A stretch of 64,000 nucleotides of DNA from Candidatus Omnitrophota bacterium (GCA_013286575.1 JABDFL010000003.1:12196-76195); one strand, 5' to 3'; shown: positions 21,072 to 30,876, numbered from the stretch's first letter. Notes: generated from the letters alone by a model not told the origin. Numbers and translations: made by a program.

Positions 21072-21428
21072 ATGGATGAACGCAGACAGCTGCCCCGCTG
21101 GCAGGTCAAGAGGGAAGTCAAGGCTTGGCTGCCCCAAATGCAGGAATTCAGGCATTGCATCATTGAGGACATAAACCTCAAAGGGATGTGCGCCTCTTTT
21201 AGTAAACGATTACCCCCAGAACAGCCGGTGAGCATGTCTTTGAGCTTTGAGAATGATTTTAATTTAATGAAGGTCGAGGTCAATCTGCCCTGGGTCAAGG
21301 AAGAGCAGGGGAGGTATGTTTATGGGATGAGTTTCAACAAAATTATGGACGCGGACAAGGACAGGATATACCAATACATCAGCAACTATTGTTCCGAACA
21401 ATTCAGGGAGAAATGGTGGGCGGTATAA
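21072..21428 (+). CDS. PilZ domain protein (c-di-GMP binding)
   Basis: This 118-aa protein has the 'RRQLPR' (RxxxR) and 'DINLKG' (D/NxSxxG-like) motif pair of PilZ. An AAGGAG RBS lies at 21057-21062. Confidence 0.65.
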   Translation: MDERRQLPRWQVKREVKAWLPQMQEFRHCIIEDINLKGMCASFSKRLPPEQPVSMSLSFENDFNLMKVEVNLPWVKEEQGRYVYGMSFNKIMDADKDRIYQYISNYCSEQFREKWWAV

Positions 21429-21433
21429 ATCTT

Positions 21434-23221
21434 TTAGGTGCGCAGGAATTGGCGGTCGAGGAAACTTTGGGTCACTTCAATGAGCGTTGGGCGGCCATGC
21501 GGGCAGGTGAAAGGGTCTTTGCATTCAAGTAATTGTTTGCGCTGGTGATCAGCTTGGGAGACATCAATCTTATCCCCGGCGACGATGGAAGCTTTGCAGG
21601 CGCGGCGGGCCAGGGCCGCAGGGTCCATGCGCGGGGCTTCTTCACCGGACAATAGGGTCCGCACCACATTTTCGATATTTTTAAGCAGTAGCGGTTGGGT
21701 TTGCACGGCAATAGTATCATCATCAAATTGGGTGGTTTCGATGCCCGCAGCAGTCAGTTTTTCTTCCAGTTCTTCCCAAGCGATTTTTTCCTGAGGGGTC
21801 AATTTCAATAACAAAGGTGTGAGCAAAGGCTGGCTTTCAACTTTTGCGCTTTCGATTTGGTCCCTGAACCTTTCATACATGATACGTTCCTGCGCCGCGT
21901 GCTGGTCCACGATCAACAGCGATTCATCAGCTTCAAAAAGTAGGAACTTTTGCAGGAAAGAACCTACATACCTTGCCCGGGTGAATTTGGAGCGCAGGGT
22001 ATTCTCCTCGCCAAAAAGCTGGAAATCCATAGGAAGGCTACTGCTCTCCTGAGTGTCATTGCGAGCGAAGCGAAGCAATCTTTTTTCATTTTCTGTGGGA
22101 ACATAGGTGCCCGGATTAAATTTTGCCTGCAATTGCCCTGGGGCAAAAATTAATTGATCTGCAGGCAGTCCTTGTGTTGTTTCTGGATTCCCGACAGAAG
22201 CATTCGGGAATGACATGTGTTTGGGAGAGCCCTTATGCATCAGCTGGTATTCCGTCATGCGGCGTAATAAACGGATAAGCATGGCTTCGTCCTTGATACG
22301 CACCTCACGCTTGGTGGGATGAATATTGACATCCACATTGGCGGGATCCAGGGCAATATCGACGATGAAAGCCCCATAGACGCCCGGCGGCAGGATGAGC
22401 TTATAAACATCATTGAGATTAAAACTTAAGTTTTTGCTTTCAACCGGACGATGATTGATAAAAATAAATTGTAAATCCCGGCGGGGACGCTGGACATTGA
22501 TATTGCCTAAGATCATCCTCACGCGGATTTTCTCTTCAACATATTCCTGGTCTGTTTCCAGAAAATCTTTCATAGGGACATTTAAAGCGGCAGCGGCACG
22601 GTCTAAGCGTGAAGGGGCAGGCCTTAAATCCAAAAGGCTTCGACCGGCGTGCGTTAGCATGAAACGTATTTGCGGGTAGATCAAGGTATAGGGAAGCACG
22701 ATATTGAGGATTTGATTTAGTTCTGACGTGTTATTTTTAAGGAATTTACGGCGGGCAGGGGTATTAAAGAAAAGTTCAGCGATCTTGATGTCTGTGCCGG
22801 CCTGTGCCAAGGCAGTCGGCTCAAGTTTTTGGCGCACGCCGCCCCTGATATGGATTTGCCAGCCTTCGCCTGTCGGGGTGCGTGAAGATAAGGTCACGTC
22901 ACTGACAGCCGCGATGGAATACAGCGCTTCCCCGCGAAAACCCATGGAATGAAGTTTTTCCAGGTCTTCAATGGCGGAAATCTTGCTGGTGGCATGGCGC
23001 CGGAAGATTTTTTCCAGGTTCTCCCGGGCTATGCCGGAGCCGTTGTCCTTGATATGGATAAATTCTTTACCGGCATCTTTAAGATGTATTTCAATGTGCG
23101 TTGCCCCTGCATCAATGGCGTTTTCCAGGAGTTCTTTAACAACAGAAGCCGGCCGGTCCACTGCTTCTCCGGCGGCGATTTTAGCGATCACATCTGGGGG
23201 GAGAATATTAACTTTAGTCAT
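21434..23221 (-). CDS. mutL: DNA mismatch repair protein MutL
   Basis: This 595-aa protein has GHKL ATPase motifs 'ELLENAIDAGA', 'DNGSGI' and 'GFRGEAL', and C-terminal 'DQHAAQERI' and 'CPHGRP'. Its linker region carries two in-frame repeat insertions. Confidence 0.95.
   Translation of the reverse strand: MTKVNILPPDVIAKIAAGEAVDRPASVVKELLENAIDAGATHIEIHLKDAGKEFIHIKDNGSGIARENLEKIFRRHATSKISAIEDLEKLHSMGFRGEALYSIAAVSDVTLSSRTPTGEGWQIHIRGGVRQKLEPTALAQAGTDIKIAELFFNTPARRKFLKNNTSELNQILNIVLPYTLIYPQIRFMLTHAGRSLLDLRPAPSRLDRAAAALNVPMKDFLETDQEYVEEKIRVRMILGNINVQRPRRDLQFIFINHRPVESKNLSFNLNDVYKLILPPGVYGAFIVDIALDPANVDVNIHPTKREVRIKDEAMLIRLLRRMTEYQLMHKGSPKHMSFPNASVGNPETTQGLPADQLIFAPGQLQAKFNPGTYVPTENEKRLLRFARNDTQESSSLPMDFQLFGEENTLRSKFTRARYVGSFLQKFLLFEADESLLIVDQHAAQERIMYERFRDQIESAKVESQPLLTPLLLKLTPQEKIAWEELEEKLTAAGIETTQFDDDTIAVQTQPLLLKNIENVVRTLLSGEEAPRMDPAALARRACKASIVAGDKIDVSQADHQRKQLLECKDPFTCPHGRPTLIEVTQSFLDRQFLRT
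22053..22084 (+). repeat. type-1 palindromic repeat copy inside the mutL linker
   Basis: The sequence is 'gtgtcattgcgagcgaagcgaagcaatctttt'. On the mutL strand it is translated as 'RLLRFARNDTQE'. Confidence 0.85.
22183..22216 (-). repeat. type-2 hairpin repeat copy inside the mutL linker
   Basis: The sequence 'ctggattcccgacagaagcattcgggaatgacat' has an 8-bp stem (attcccga/tcgggaat). On the mutL strand it is translated as 'MSFPNASVGNPE'. Confidence 0.8.
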
Positions 23222-23222
23222 A

Positions 23223-23262
23223 AAAAGATTGCTTCGTCGCCTTCGGCTTCTCGCAATGACAC
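23223..23262 (-). repeat. type-1 palindromic repeat copy filling the mutS-mutL spacer
   Basis: The sequence 'aaaagattgcttcgtcgccttcggcttctcgcaatgacac' occupies essentially the whole 41-nt gap between the mutS stop (23263-23265) and the mutL start (23219-23221). Confidence 0.9.
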
Positions 23263-25800
23263 CTACCGTAGCTTTCGTTTTAATTCATCCAGTTTTTTTA
23301 ACGCTTCCATGGGTGTCAGGGCGTTGATATCAATTGCTTCCAATGCACAGCGCACTTCGTCCATGGCAGGCCCGGCAGTGGGGACGAACAGATTTAATTG
23401 CTTGTCTTTTTTCGCGTAAGGATTGGGTGTGCCGATCTCAAGCTCTGAGAGGATTTCTTTGGAGCGCTTGATCACAGTTTCCGGAATTCCCGCTAATTTA
23501 GCCACATAGATGCCATAGGAATCATCCGAGCCTCCGGGGACGATCTTGTGCATGAAGATGATCTTGTCCTTCCACTCACGGACAGCCACATTATAATTTT
23601 TAATCCCCTGAAATTGATTGGCCAAAGCTGTTAACTCATGAAAATGCGTGGCGAAAAGGGTGCGTACGCTCACTTCATGCATATGTTCGGCCAGGGCCCA
23701 GGCCAAGCTCAGCCCGTCGGAAGTTGAGGTGCCGCGGCCGATCTCATCTAAAATGACCAGCGAGCGGGGCGTGAGATTATTGAGGATGTCCGCGGCCTCG
23801 GTCATCTCCACCATAAAAGTGCTCTGGCCGCGGGCGATATCATCATGGGCGCCGATGCGGGTAAAGATTTTATCAACGACCCCGATGCTGGCAGAAGACG
23901 CCGGAATAGGGGCCCCCATTTGGGCCAGGATCACTAAAATGGCGCTTTGGCGGATATAGGTGGACTTGCCCGCCATATTGGGGCCTGTCAAAATGATCAG
24001 GTGATTGTCGTTGGTGTCCAAAAGCGTGTCATTGGCAATGAAATTATCAGTGACATTTTTTTCAACGACGGGATGGCGTCCGTCCTTGATGTCCAGGATC
24101 GTTGAGGTATTGACTTCCGGAAACAGGTAGCGGTCCCAGGCGGACAATTTAGCCAGCGCAAACAGGCAATCCACGTTGGCCAATTGATGGAAAACATCAT
24201 GCAAACGGGCCACTTCAGCAAGGACCGCTGTTTCGATTTGGCCTAAAATGCGTTTTTCGATATTTAAGATCTTGTCCTGGGCTGTCAGGAATTTTTCTTC
24301 GTATTCTTTGAGCTCCTGGGTGATGTAACGTTCACCATTGACCAGGGTTTGCTTGCGCACGTAATGGGCCGGCGCGCTGCCCTGGCGGGTCTTGGTGATC
24401 TCAATATAGAAACCAAAAACATTATTGAACCCGACCTTGAGCGACGATATGCCGGTTTTCTTGATCTCCTCGGCCTGGTAGCGGGCCAGCCATTGTTTGC
24501 CGTTTTCTAAAATGTTTTTAAGCTCATCCAGCTCCTGATCAATGCCAGGTTGGACCATCTTGCCTTCGGGTTTGGCCAGAGGCACGTCGGGACTAATGGT
24601 TTTCGTTAACAGCTCGCGCAGGGAAGCCAAATCCTGGATTTTTAAAAGCGGATTGGAACTCTTGGCTAAAGTTTCAGCGATCAAGGGAACGCGCAATAAG
24701 CCCTGGCGTATGTTCAGAATGTCCTTGATGGAGCCGCATCCGCAGGAAAGCCTCGAGAGGGCTTTTTGCAGATCAGGTAAATTTCTTAAACATTCTCCCA
24801 GCCGTACATTGTTTACCAATTCTTTGGCCGCTTCCTGCCGCAATTGGATGGCGGCAATATCTTTGAGCGGATGATACAGCCAGAAACGCAAAGCCCGCCG
24901 GCCTATGGGCGTCAGGGTCAGGTCAATGGTTGAAAGTAAGGATTCCAATTCCAGGCCATAATGCGCGGCAGGGGAAATAAACACATGGTCATCTTGAGTA
25001 TAAAGGGCGATCTTATCGATATGTTTGAGGCTGGTTTTGTTCATGTTTTTTAAATATTCCAGCAAAGCACCGGCAGAAGCGGTGGCCCGCGGCAGATCAT
25101 CAACGCCGAATCCTTTGAGGGACTGGGTGCTCAGATGATCGCAGAGGCTTTTGCGGGCCATGTCGGTATTAAAGGCCCAATCACCCAAAGGGCTCAACGT
25201 GATGGCGCGCATTTTGACTAGGGGATGGGAAAAAAGATTTTTGATGTCGTCTTCCTGGCCTTCAGGGTAGAGGCATTCAAAAATAGGCAGTTTGGCCAAA
25301 AGCTCGACGGTCTGGTGCAGGGAAAGCTCATTGGCAAAAATAGTGCCGCCGGAATTATCAATAAAAGCAACCCCGAAAGTCTTTACGGGCACCTGCGCAT
25401 GTCCGGCACGAGGGCCGGTGTAAATAGCCATCAAATACCTGGAATCCGCGGATTCGTCCAGATAGGTCCCGGCGCTGATGATGCGGATGACATCGCGCTT
25501 GACAATGCCCGTCGCCAAAGCAGGGTCTTCGATCTGTTCGCAGATCGCGACTTTTTTACCTGCCTTGATCAGTTTGGCGATGTAATTATCACTGGAGTGA
25601 TAAGGCACCCCGCACATGGGGATCTTGCCGGAAGCGTCAGACCCCCGGGAAGTCAGGACTAGGTCCAAAATAGAAGACGCCTCGGCAGCATCTTCAAAAA
25701 ACATCTCATAAAAATCGCCCAGGCGGAAAAAAAGGATGGCGTCCTTATGGCGCGCCTTGATGTCGCGGTATTGTTTGATCATGGGGGTAGCGGTTTGCAC
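23263..25800 (-). CDS. mutS: DNA mismatch repair protein MutS
   Basis: This 845-aa protein has N-terminal 'TPMIKQY..K', Walker A 'GPNMAGKST' and 'LVILDEIGRGTST'. Confidence 0.95.
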   Translation of the reverse strand: MQTATPMIKQYRDIKARHKDAILFFRLGDFYEMFFEDAAEASSILDLVLTSRGSDASGKIPMCGVPYHSSDNYIAKLIKAGKKVAICEQIEDPALATGIVKRDVIRIISAGTYLDESADSRYLMAIYTGPRAGHAQVPVKTFGVAFIDNSGGTIFANELSLHQTVELLAKLPIFECLYPEGQEDDIKNLFSHPLVKMRAITLSPLGDWAFNTDMARKSLCDHLSTQSLKGFGVDDLPRATASAGALLEYLKNMNKTSLKHIDKIALYTQDDHVFISPAAHYGLELESLLSTIDLTLTPIGRRALRFWLYHPLKDIAAIQLRQEAAKELVNNVRLGECLRNLPDLQKALSRLSCGCGSIKDILNIRQGLLRVPLIAETLAKSSNPLLKIQDLASLRELLTKTISPDVPLAKPEGKMVQPGIDQELDELKNILENGKQWLARYQAEEIKKTGISSLKVGFNNVFGFYIEITKTRQGSAPAHYVRKQTLVNGERYITQELKEYEEKFLTAQDKILNIEKRILGQIETAVLAEVARLHDVFHQLANVDCLFALAKLSAWDRYLFPEVNTSTILDIKDGRHPVVEKNVTDNFIANDTLLDTNDNHLIILTGPNMAGKSTYIRQSAILVILAQMGAPIPASSASIGVVDKIFTRIGAHDDIARGQSTFMVEMTEAADILNNLTPRSLVILDEIGRGTSTSDGLSLAWALAEHMHEVSVRTLFATHFHELTALANQFQGIKNYNVAVREWKDKIIFMHKIVPGGSDDSYGIYVAKLAGIPETVIKRSKEILSELEIGTPNPYAKKDKQLNLFVPTAGPAMDEVRCALEAIDINALTPMEALKKLDELKRKLR

Positions 25801-25886
25801 AGGGATATAATAGGGGACAGCGCCTTATTTTTCAATTTAAAAAAAAGTAGGGCGTTGTTCCCGTAACTAATCTATAATCAACAATC

Positions 25887-26696
25887 ATGCGATTTTTTAT
25901 TTTAATAGCCCTGCTTGCCATTTTTCCGTGTATTGCTATTTGTGATCCTTTGCCTTCTCCGCCGTATTATGACGCTATCATGAAGATCATGGCCCCGTTG
26001 GAATATTCGGGGGTCCCGGTCATGGTCAAGCCCCAGGTGACGTTAAGCGTTAATTTCAATAATTGGACATGGGTCCTGCATAATATCCATGAATATGACG
26101 CCCAAGGGGGGATCATTTTAGAGCAGGGGCGTTATGGCCTTTGCGCGGAATTGGCCACGTTTTTATTTGAGCAGATCAGGCCTTTGCTGGACGGGCGTTA
26201 TGAGGTCAAATTTGCCAAGGTCACGGAACCCGGTTTTTTCCCGAAGGACGAATCCAACCATATTGCCTTATTACTCGTGGACAAACCCAACAAGCAAATT
26301 TATTTGCTTGACCCTTCCTTCCATAAATATGCCAGCATGAAAGACCTTCCGGAGTACCATATTTTAAGCATCCAGGACACCCTGTCTTTTGTTAAGGACA
26401 AGTCCCATGATGTTTTTTTCGGCGCTAACCAGGCCATACCGCTTTATATCAAGAACGATTTCTTATTGTCTTTTTCAGTGACTTCTGTTGACGGGAAATT
26501 TGATAAGGGCAATTTCGTTTTTGCCATTTCCGCCAACCGCCGCAATGAGGCCACCGGCCACGACATTGTCCTCATCGGCCGGCGTAATAAGGAATTTGTG
26601 GATTTTGAAGACAAAACCTTGCTTAACCAGCTTTTGACTCCGGATGAGATCAGGGTGCTGTTCGACAAATTAAAAAGTTGGATAGAACAATTCTAA
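25887..26696 (+). CDS. exported hypothetical protein with a Cys-His-Asp arrangement resembling NAT / transglutaminase-fold enzymes
   Basis: This 269-aa protein has an N-terminal signal-like 'MRFFILIALLAIFPCIAIC'. 'GRYGLCAELATF' and 'SNHIALLLVD...YLLDPSF' resemble the Cys and His/Asp blocks of arylamine N-acetyltransferase-fold proteins. This is motif-level evidence only. Confidence 0.3.
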   Translation: MRFFILIALLAIFPCIAICDPLPSPPYYDAIMKIMAPLEYSGVPVMVKPQVTLSVNFNNWTWVLHNIHEYDAQGGIILEQGRYGLCAELATFLFEQIRPLLDGRYEVKFAKVTEPGFFPKDESNHIALLLVDKPNKQIYLLDPSFHKYASMKDLPEYHILSIQDTLSFVKDKSHDVFFGANQAIPLYIKNDFLLSFSVTSVDGKFDKGNFVFAISANRRNEATGHDIVLIGRRNKEFVDFEDKTLLNQLLTPDEIRVLFDKLKSWIEQF

Positions 26697-26697
26697 T

Positions 26698-27129
26698 ATG
26701 AAATGGTTCTCCCGTTGGGAATTCTTTGCTTTGGCCTCCGCCTTTTTTGCCGGGCTTACGGCTTTTTTGGGTAAAATGGGCGTGATGAACGTTAATTCCA
26801 ATCTCGCTACCTTTATCCGTACCGTCGTGGTAATGGCCATGACGGCCTGCATTCTTTCATGGCGCCATCAATGGCAATGGCCCCAGGGGGTTGCCGCGAA
26901 AGCCTGGGTGTTCCTCGTCTTATCAGGGATTGCCACCGGACTTTCCTGGATATGCTACTGGCGCGCGATGAGTTTGGGGCCGGTTTCCAAGGTAGCTTCC
27001 ATCGACAAGCTGAGTGTGGCCTTCGCCATTATTTTAGGGGTACTGTTTTTAGGGGAGAATCTCACCTGGCAGGTGGCGTTGGGAGCAGGCCTGATCATTG
27101 CGGGGGCCGTGCTTATCGTTTTTCTTTAA
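26698..27129 (+). CDS. small EamA-domain (DMT superfamily) membrane protein
   Basis: This 143-aa protein has 4-5 hydrophobic helices and a C-terminal 'FLGENLTWQVALGAGLIIAGAVLI' typical of EamA repeats. Confidence 0.6.
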   Translation: MKWFSRWEFFALASAFFAGLTAFLGKMGVMNVNSNLATFIRTVVVMAMTACILSWRHQWQWPQGVAAKAWVFLVLSGIATGLSWICYWRAMSLGPVSKVASIDKLSVAFAIILGVLFLGENLTWQVALGAGLIIAGAVLIVFL

Positions 27130-27613
27130 CCATCAGCCCTAATTGCGCCGGAGTTAACAGCCAATTAAAGACAGCGCCTGAAGGCGTGACAGTCAGGGAA
27201 CAAAGCCCGCCTTTTTTGAAATCGATGGCAAGGGCTTTGCTGCATTTTAAAACAGCGGAGATCATTTCCGTTAAATGCGGCTCATGCCCGACTAATAAAA
27301 TACTTCCGGATTTCGGACAAATGGCATGGGCTTCTTTTAATAATTTTCCGATTGAAGCGGGGGGAAGCAAATTATCCGTCAGATGCAGTTTTTTGATCTT
27401 GTAGGTTTGGGCCACAATTTCTGCAGTTTGCCGGGCCCGCAGGTAGGGGCTGCTAAGAAGAGCATCAAATTTCAGGCCCAACGCCTGCATGCCCCGGGCG
27501 CCGCGACGCATTTTTTCCCGCCCCTGGGCAGTCAAAGGGCGCAGGCTGTCGTCTTTATATTTAGGGTCCCCGTGCCGGCCTGCGAGGCCATGCCGCAGAA
27601 AATAAAGTTCCAT
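27113..27613 (-). CDS. sixA: phosphohistidine phosphatase SixA (histidine phosphatase family)
   Basis: This 166-aa protein starts 'MELYFLRHG' (RHG catalytic motif) and later has 'LLVGHEP'. Its 3' end overlaps the convergent EamA gene by 17 nt. Confidence 0.75.
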   Translation of the reverse strand: MELYFLRHGLAGRHGDPKYKDDSLRPLTAQGREKMRRGARGMQALGLKFDALLSSPYLRARQTAEIVAQTYKIKKLHLTDNLLPPASIGKLLKEAHAICPKSGSILLVGHEPHLTEMISAVLKCSKALAIDFKKGGLCSLTVTPSGAVFNWLLTPAQLGLMVKEKR

Positions 27614-27670
27614 AGCAAAATCCTCCGGAATCTATTATAATGAAAAATCTTGAAACAAAGGAGTTTTTAT

Positions 27671-28084
27671 ATGCGTCATGCAATTATTATTTTTTTGAGT
27701 TTGGCCCTTGCCGGTTGCGCTTCGAGCGTTGTGTACAATCCCATGCAGGACAATACACCACAGGAAATATTATTAAATGAAAGCGGCTTAAAAGCGGTCC
27801 AGGACGGGATGACCAGCGCCCAAGTCCATCAAATCATGGGCCAGGAGCTGATTATCGGTTATGAGTCTCAGTCGCCGGGCTATAAGCCTTTGACCATTCC
27901 TAACCCTTATAAAACCCAGACCGTTAAGGAGTATTTGATCGAATACTATATTGAAGGCATACGCCAGCCGGACGGCGTTGTCAGGGACAATGAATTGATG
28001 CCTTTAATTTTCAAGAATGACAAACTCATCGGCCGCGGCTGGCCGTTAGCTAATTCCCTGCGCCCGGCTGATCCATCCGCATGA
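27671..28084 (+). CDS. lipoprotein (SmpA/OmlA-BamE-like motif)
   Basis: I prefer the ATG at 27671, which has an AAGGAG RBS at 27657-27662, over the track's TTG at 27650. The lipobox is 'LALAGC', and 'GMTSAQVHQIMG' is typical of SmpA/OmlA-type domains. Confidence 0.6.
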   Translation: MRHAIIIFLSLALAGCASSVVYNPMQDNTPQEILLNESGLKAVQDGMTSAQVHQIMGQELIIGYESQSPGYKPLTIPNPYKTQTVKEYLIEYYIEGIRQPDGVVRDNELMPLIFKNDKLIGRGWPLANSLRPADPSA

Positions 28085-29010
28085 AAGCTTTTTATGTTTC
28101 ACTAAAGCCTTTTTTAAACCATGGCGCCCTCAGCCGTCCGACGGACTGGGCAGCGGTTTTCGGCAACGGTCACCCGGTGGAAGTAGAGATCGGTTTTGGC
28201 AATGGCGAATATTTGGAGCGCATCAGCCGTGAGCTCCCCCAAGTTAATTTTGTCGGGTTTGAACAGTATTGTGAACGCATCCAGAGGACCTTGCGGAAAC
28301 TAAGCCGTACGGGCCTTGATAATGTAAGGGTTTTACGGTTGGACGCCAGGGCCGGCCTCGAGCGTTTTTTTCTTCCGAAGACCATTGCCCTGGTGCATTG
28401 CCTTTATCCGCCGCCGTGGCCTAAAAAATCAGATGCCAAGCACCGGCTTTTTACGGGGGATTTTTTAAAACTCGTCAACAGCCGCTTGATTGATGGCGGG
28501 GCCTTAAAAATAGTGACAGACCACCATCCTTATATGGACTGGGTCCGGGACAATATCCGGGACACCGGATTTTCCGTTGAATTTAAGAATATACCCGCGC
28601 ATTACGGCACTAAATTTGAGAAAAAATGGGTCGAGGGCGGCCAAAGTGAATTTTATGAGCTGCTGCTGACCAAGCATCAGCATATTCCCGTGGGTATAAA
28701 GGAGGACAGTGTTTTGCAAAGTTATCTGATCAATGATTTTAATCCCGACAATTTTAGTTTTAATGATTATTCCCACGAAGGGGTGGCGGTATCGTTTAAG
28801 GAAATTTTGTATGATGCCAAAAAGAAGACCGCCCTGGTCCATGTGATCGCCTGCGACGGGCCCCTGGCCCAGAATATACGCATTGTCATTGCCCATTCTC
28901 CCAAAGGCTGGCGCGTCAATTTAGCAGAGGGGACCATGTTGATGCCGACCATGGCCGTGTCCCAGGCCCTGGAGTGCGTTTATCTGGCGGCAAAAAAAAA
29001 TGTTGAATAA
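28081..29010 (+). CDS. trmB: tRNA (guanine-N7)-methyltransferase TrmB with a C-terminal extension
   Basis: The motifs 'VEIGFGNGEYL' and 'CLYPPPWPKK...HRLF' match the TrmB signatures. At 309 aa the protein is about 80-100 aa longer than I expect for TrmB. Confidence 0.75.
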   Translation: MKAFYVSLKPFLNHGALSRPTDWAAVFGNGHPVEVEIGFGNGEYLERISRELPQVNFVGFEQYCERIQRTLRKLSRTGLDNVRVLRLDARAGLERFFLPKTIALVHCLYPPPWPKKSDAKHRLFTGDFLKLVNSRLIDGGALKIVTDHHPYMDWVRDNIRDTGFSVEFKNIPAHYGTKFEKKWVEGGQSEFYELLLTKHQHIPVGIKEDSVLQSYLINDFNPDNFSFNDYSHEGVAVSFKEILYDAKKKTALVHVIACDGPLAQNIRIVIAHSPKGWRVNLAEGTMLMPTMAVSQALECVYLAAKKNVE

Positions 29011-29037
29011 TAGGGCGCTGTCCCCTATTTTTTGATA
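29011..29037 (+). terminator. putative rho-independent terminator after trmB
   Basis: The sequence 'atagggcgctgtcccctatttttt' has a 6-bp stem (ATAGGG/CCCTAT), a 7-nt loop and a T6 run. The stem sequence also recurs at 25811-25862. Confidence 0.45.
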
Positions 29038-29048
29038 TATTGCACGTT

Positions 29049-29882
29049 ATGTTGAAATCCGTCCGTGTAGTACTTATTGCTGTTTTAGCAGCCATGCTGA
29101 TTTTCCCCGATCAGGGGATGGCCTATCGCTTCCTCAGGCACAGGGGGCCATATCATATAACCGCTAATACGGCCCTTCTTTGGGACCCCGTGAGCAATCA
29201 GCGCCTATTTGATCTTGGCGCTGACCGTGAAGTTTTTCCGGCCTCAACGACCAAGGTCCTGACAGCGCTGCTTGTCCTGGAAAATCTTCCTTTGGACAAG
29301 TACGTGACAGTCAGTGCGCACGCGACCCAGGTGCCGCAGACCAAATTGGGGTTAAGGGCCGGTGAAACATACCGCGTGCGGGACCTGCTTTACGGGCTTA
29401 TCCTTAAATCCGCCAATGACGCGGCCGTGGTCCTGGCGGAAGCAGTGGCCGGGTCCGAGGGGAAATTTGTCGACATGATGAATGCCCGTGCCAGGCAGTT
29501 AGGGGCCATGCATACCCATTTTGCCAATCCCCATGGGCTTCCTTCCGCAGGCCCCCAATTTACAACAGCGGCCGACATGGCCATGATCTTTAACCAGGCG
29601 CTCAAGAACCAGTTTTTTCGCGAGGCGATCACTTTCAGGTACCTGGTCATTTGTTCAACAGACGGCCACCGCTGTTTTCTTAAATCCCATAACAAAACTT
29701 TATTTTTGCACTGGAAGCAGCATGTCTTCGGGAAAACCGGCTTTACCTTTGAGGCTCAATCCTGTTTTGTGGGCTATATACCTAAGGAAAATGGTATACT
29801 TATCATAGCCGTTTATGGTTGTCGCAAACGTTGGACAGACATGAAATATATTCTCGAACACTACGGGCATATCCAACTTTAG
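29049..29882 (+). CDS. D-alanyl-D-alanine carboxypeptidase (PBP5/6-like, S11)
   Basis: It has the SxxK motif 'PASTTKVLT', the SxN motif 'KSANDAA' and the KTG motif 'FGKTGFT', plus an N-terminal signal/TM. The start could instead be the TTG at 29040. Confidence 0.85.
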   Translation: MLKSVRVVLIAVLAAMLIFPDQGMAYRFLRHRGPYHITANTALLWDPVSNQRLFDLGADREVFPASTTKVLTALLVLENLPLDKYVTVSAHATQVPQTKLGLRAGETYRVRDLLYGLILKSANDAAVVLAEAVAGSEGKFVDMMNARARQLGAMHTHFANPHGLPSAGPQFTTAADMAMIFNQALKNQFFREAITFRYLVICSTDGHRCFLKSHNKTLFLHWKQHVFGKTGFTFEAQSCFVGYIPKENGILIIAVYGCRKRWTDMKYILEHYGHIQL

Positions 29883-29935
29883 CATTGTTTGATTTTTTGA
29901 TTTGAGGTAGGATAGCGGTATTCATTTTAATCATT

Positions 29936-30787
29936 ATGGAGGGGGTTATGGAAAATAAGAATAATGCCATCATCATTCTTTTGGTTGTTTTAATCAGCGC
30001 TGTTTCAGGCGTAGGCCTTTTGATAGGCATCAATAATGCCGTAAGGGTTGCCATGAGCCCGTTATATGCCAGGCTTGCGGAGATCAATATGACAGAAAAG
30101 AGCATTGAAAGTAAATTAGACGGGGGTGGCAAGGGTACTGCAAACACAAACCCTGCGCTCGACAATATCCAAAATGAATTAGTACAGCTCCAAAACAAGA
30201 TCAACGCCAACGGCGGCAATGCCCAGCAGCCTCAAATGCCGCCTCCCGAAGATATGAATAAAATTTACGCCATTGATCCGGGCGTTTCCCCTATTATCGG
30301 CAATAAAAATGCTCCGGTGACCATTGTGGAATTTTCTGATTTTCAATGCCCGTTTTGCGCCCGTTTTTATTCAGCGGTCAAGGATGTTTTAGCGGCATAC
30401 CCGGCCCAAGTAAGGGTGATCATCAAAAATTTCCCCCTTCCTTTTCACCCTAATGCCCGTCCGGCAGCCAAATTAGCCATGGCTGCCAATGAGCAGGGGA
30501 AATTCCAGGGGATGATGGAAGCCTTGTTGGCAAACGGGGGGGATGTTTCAGACGACAAGATCAAGGAATACGCCAAAAGCTTAGGATTGAATTATAATAA
30601 ACTGATGGATGATTATAAAAATAAAGACGCCCAGTGGGAAAAGCAGATCCAGGAGGATATGCAGTTAGGCTCCAATGTGGACGTGCGCGGCACACCGACA
30701 TTTTTTCTTAACGGCCGCAAAACCAATGCCCGGGACCTGGGCGCTTTCAAAGTCCAAATTGACGCTATTTTAGCAGGGAATAAATAA
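29936..30787 (+). CDS. DsbA-family thiol:disulfide oxidoreductase, membrane anchored
   Basis: This 283-aa protein has an N-terminal TM helix and a thioredoxin-fold active site 'FSDFQCPFCARF', followed by 'GTPTFFLNG'. Confidence 0.8.
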   Translation: MEGVMENKNNAIIILLVVLISAVSGVGLLIGINNAVRVAMSPLYARLAEINMTEKSIESKLDGGGKGTANTNPALDNIQNELVQLQNKINANGGNAQQPQMPPPEDMNKIYAIDPGVSPIIGNKNAPVTIVEFSDFQCPFCARFYSAVKDVLAAYPAQVRVIIKNFPLPFHPNARPAAKLAMAANEQGKFQGMMEALLANGGDVSDDKIKEYAKSLGLNYNKLMDDYKNKDAQWEKQIQEDMQLGSNVDVRGTPTFFLNGRKTNARDLGAFKVQIDAILAGNK

Positions 30788-30876
30788 GGTTGACCTTATA
30801 ATTTTTCTTTGCAAAAAAAGGGTTTTAGTGTATATTACACCCTTCGCACAAGGCATTTTTAACGGAGGTTTTAGTT

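Noticed and set aside
26859-27404. 181-aa plus-strand ORF overlapping the EamA gene and antisense to sixA
   Set aside because: It overlaps two genes that have good motifs. Its sequence is low-complexity and Arg/Gly-rich, typical of an off-frame product.
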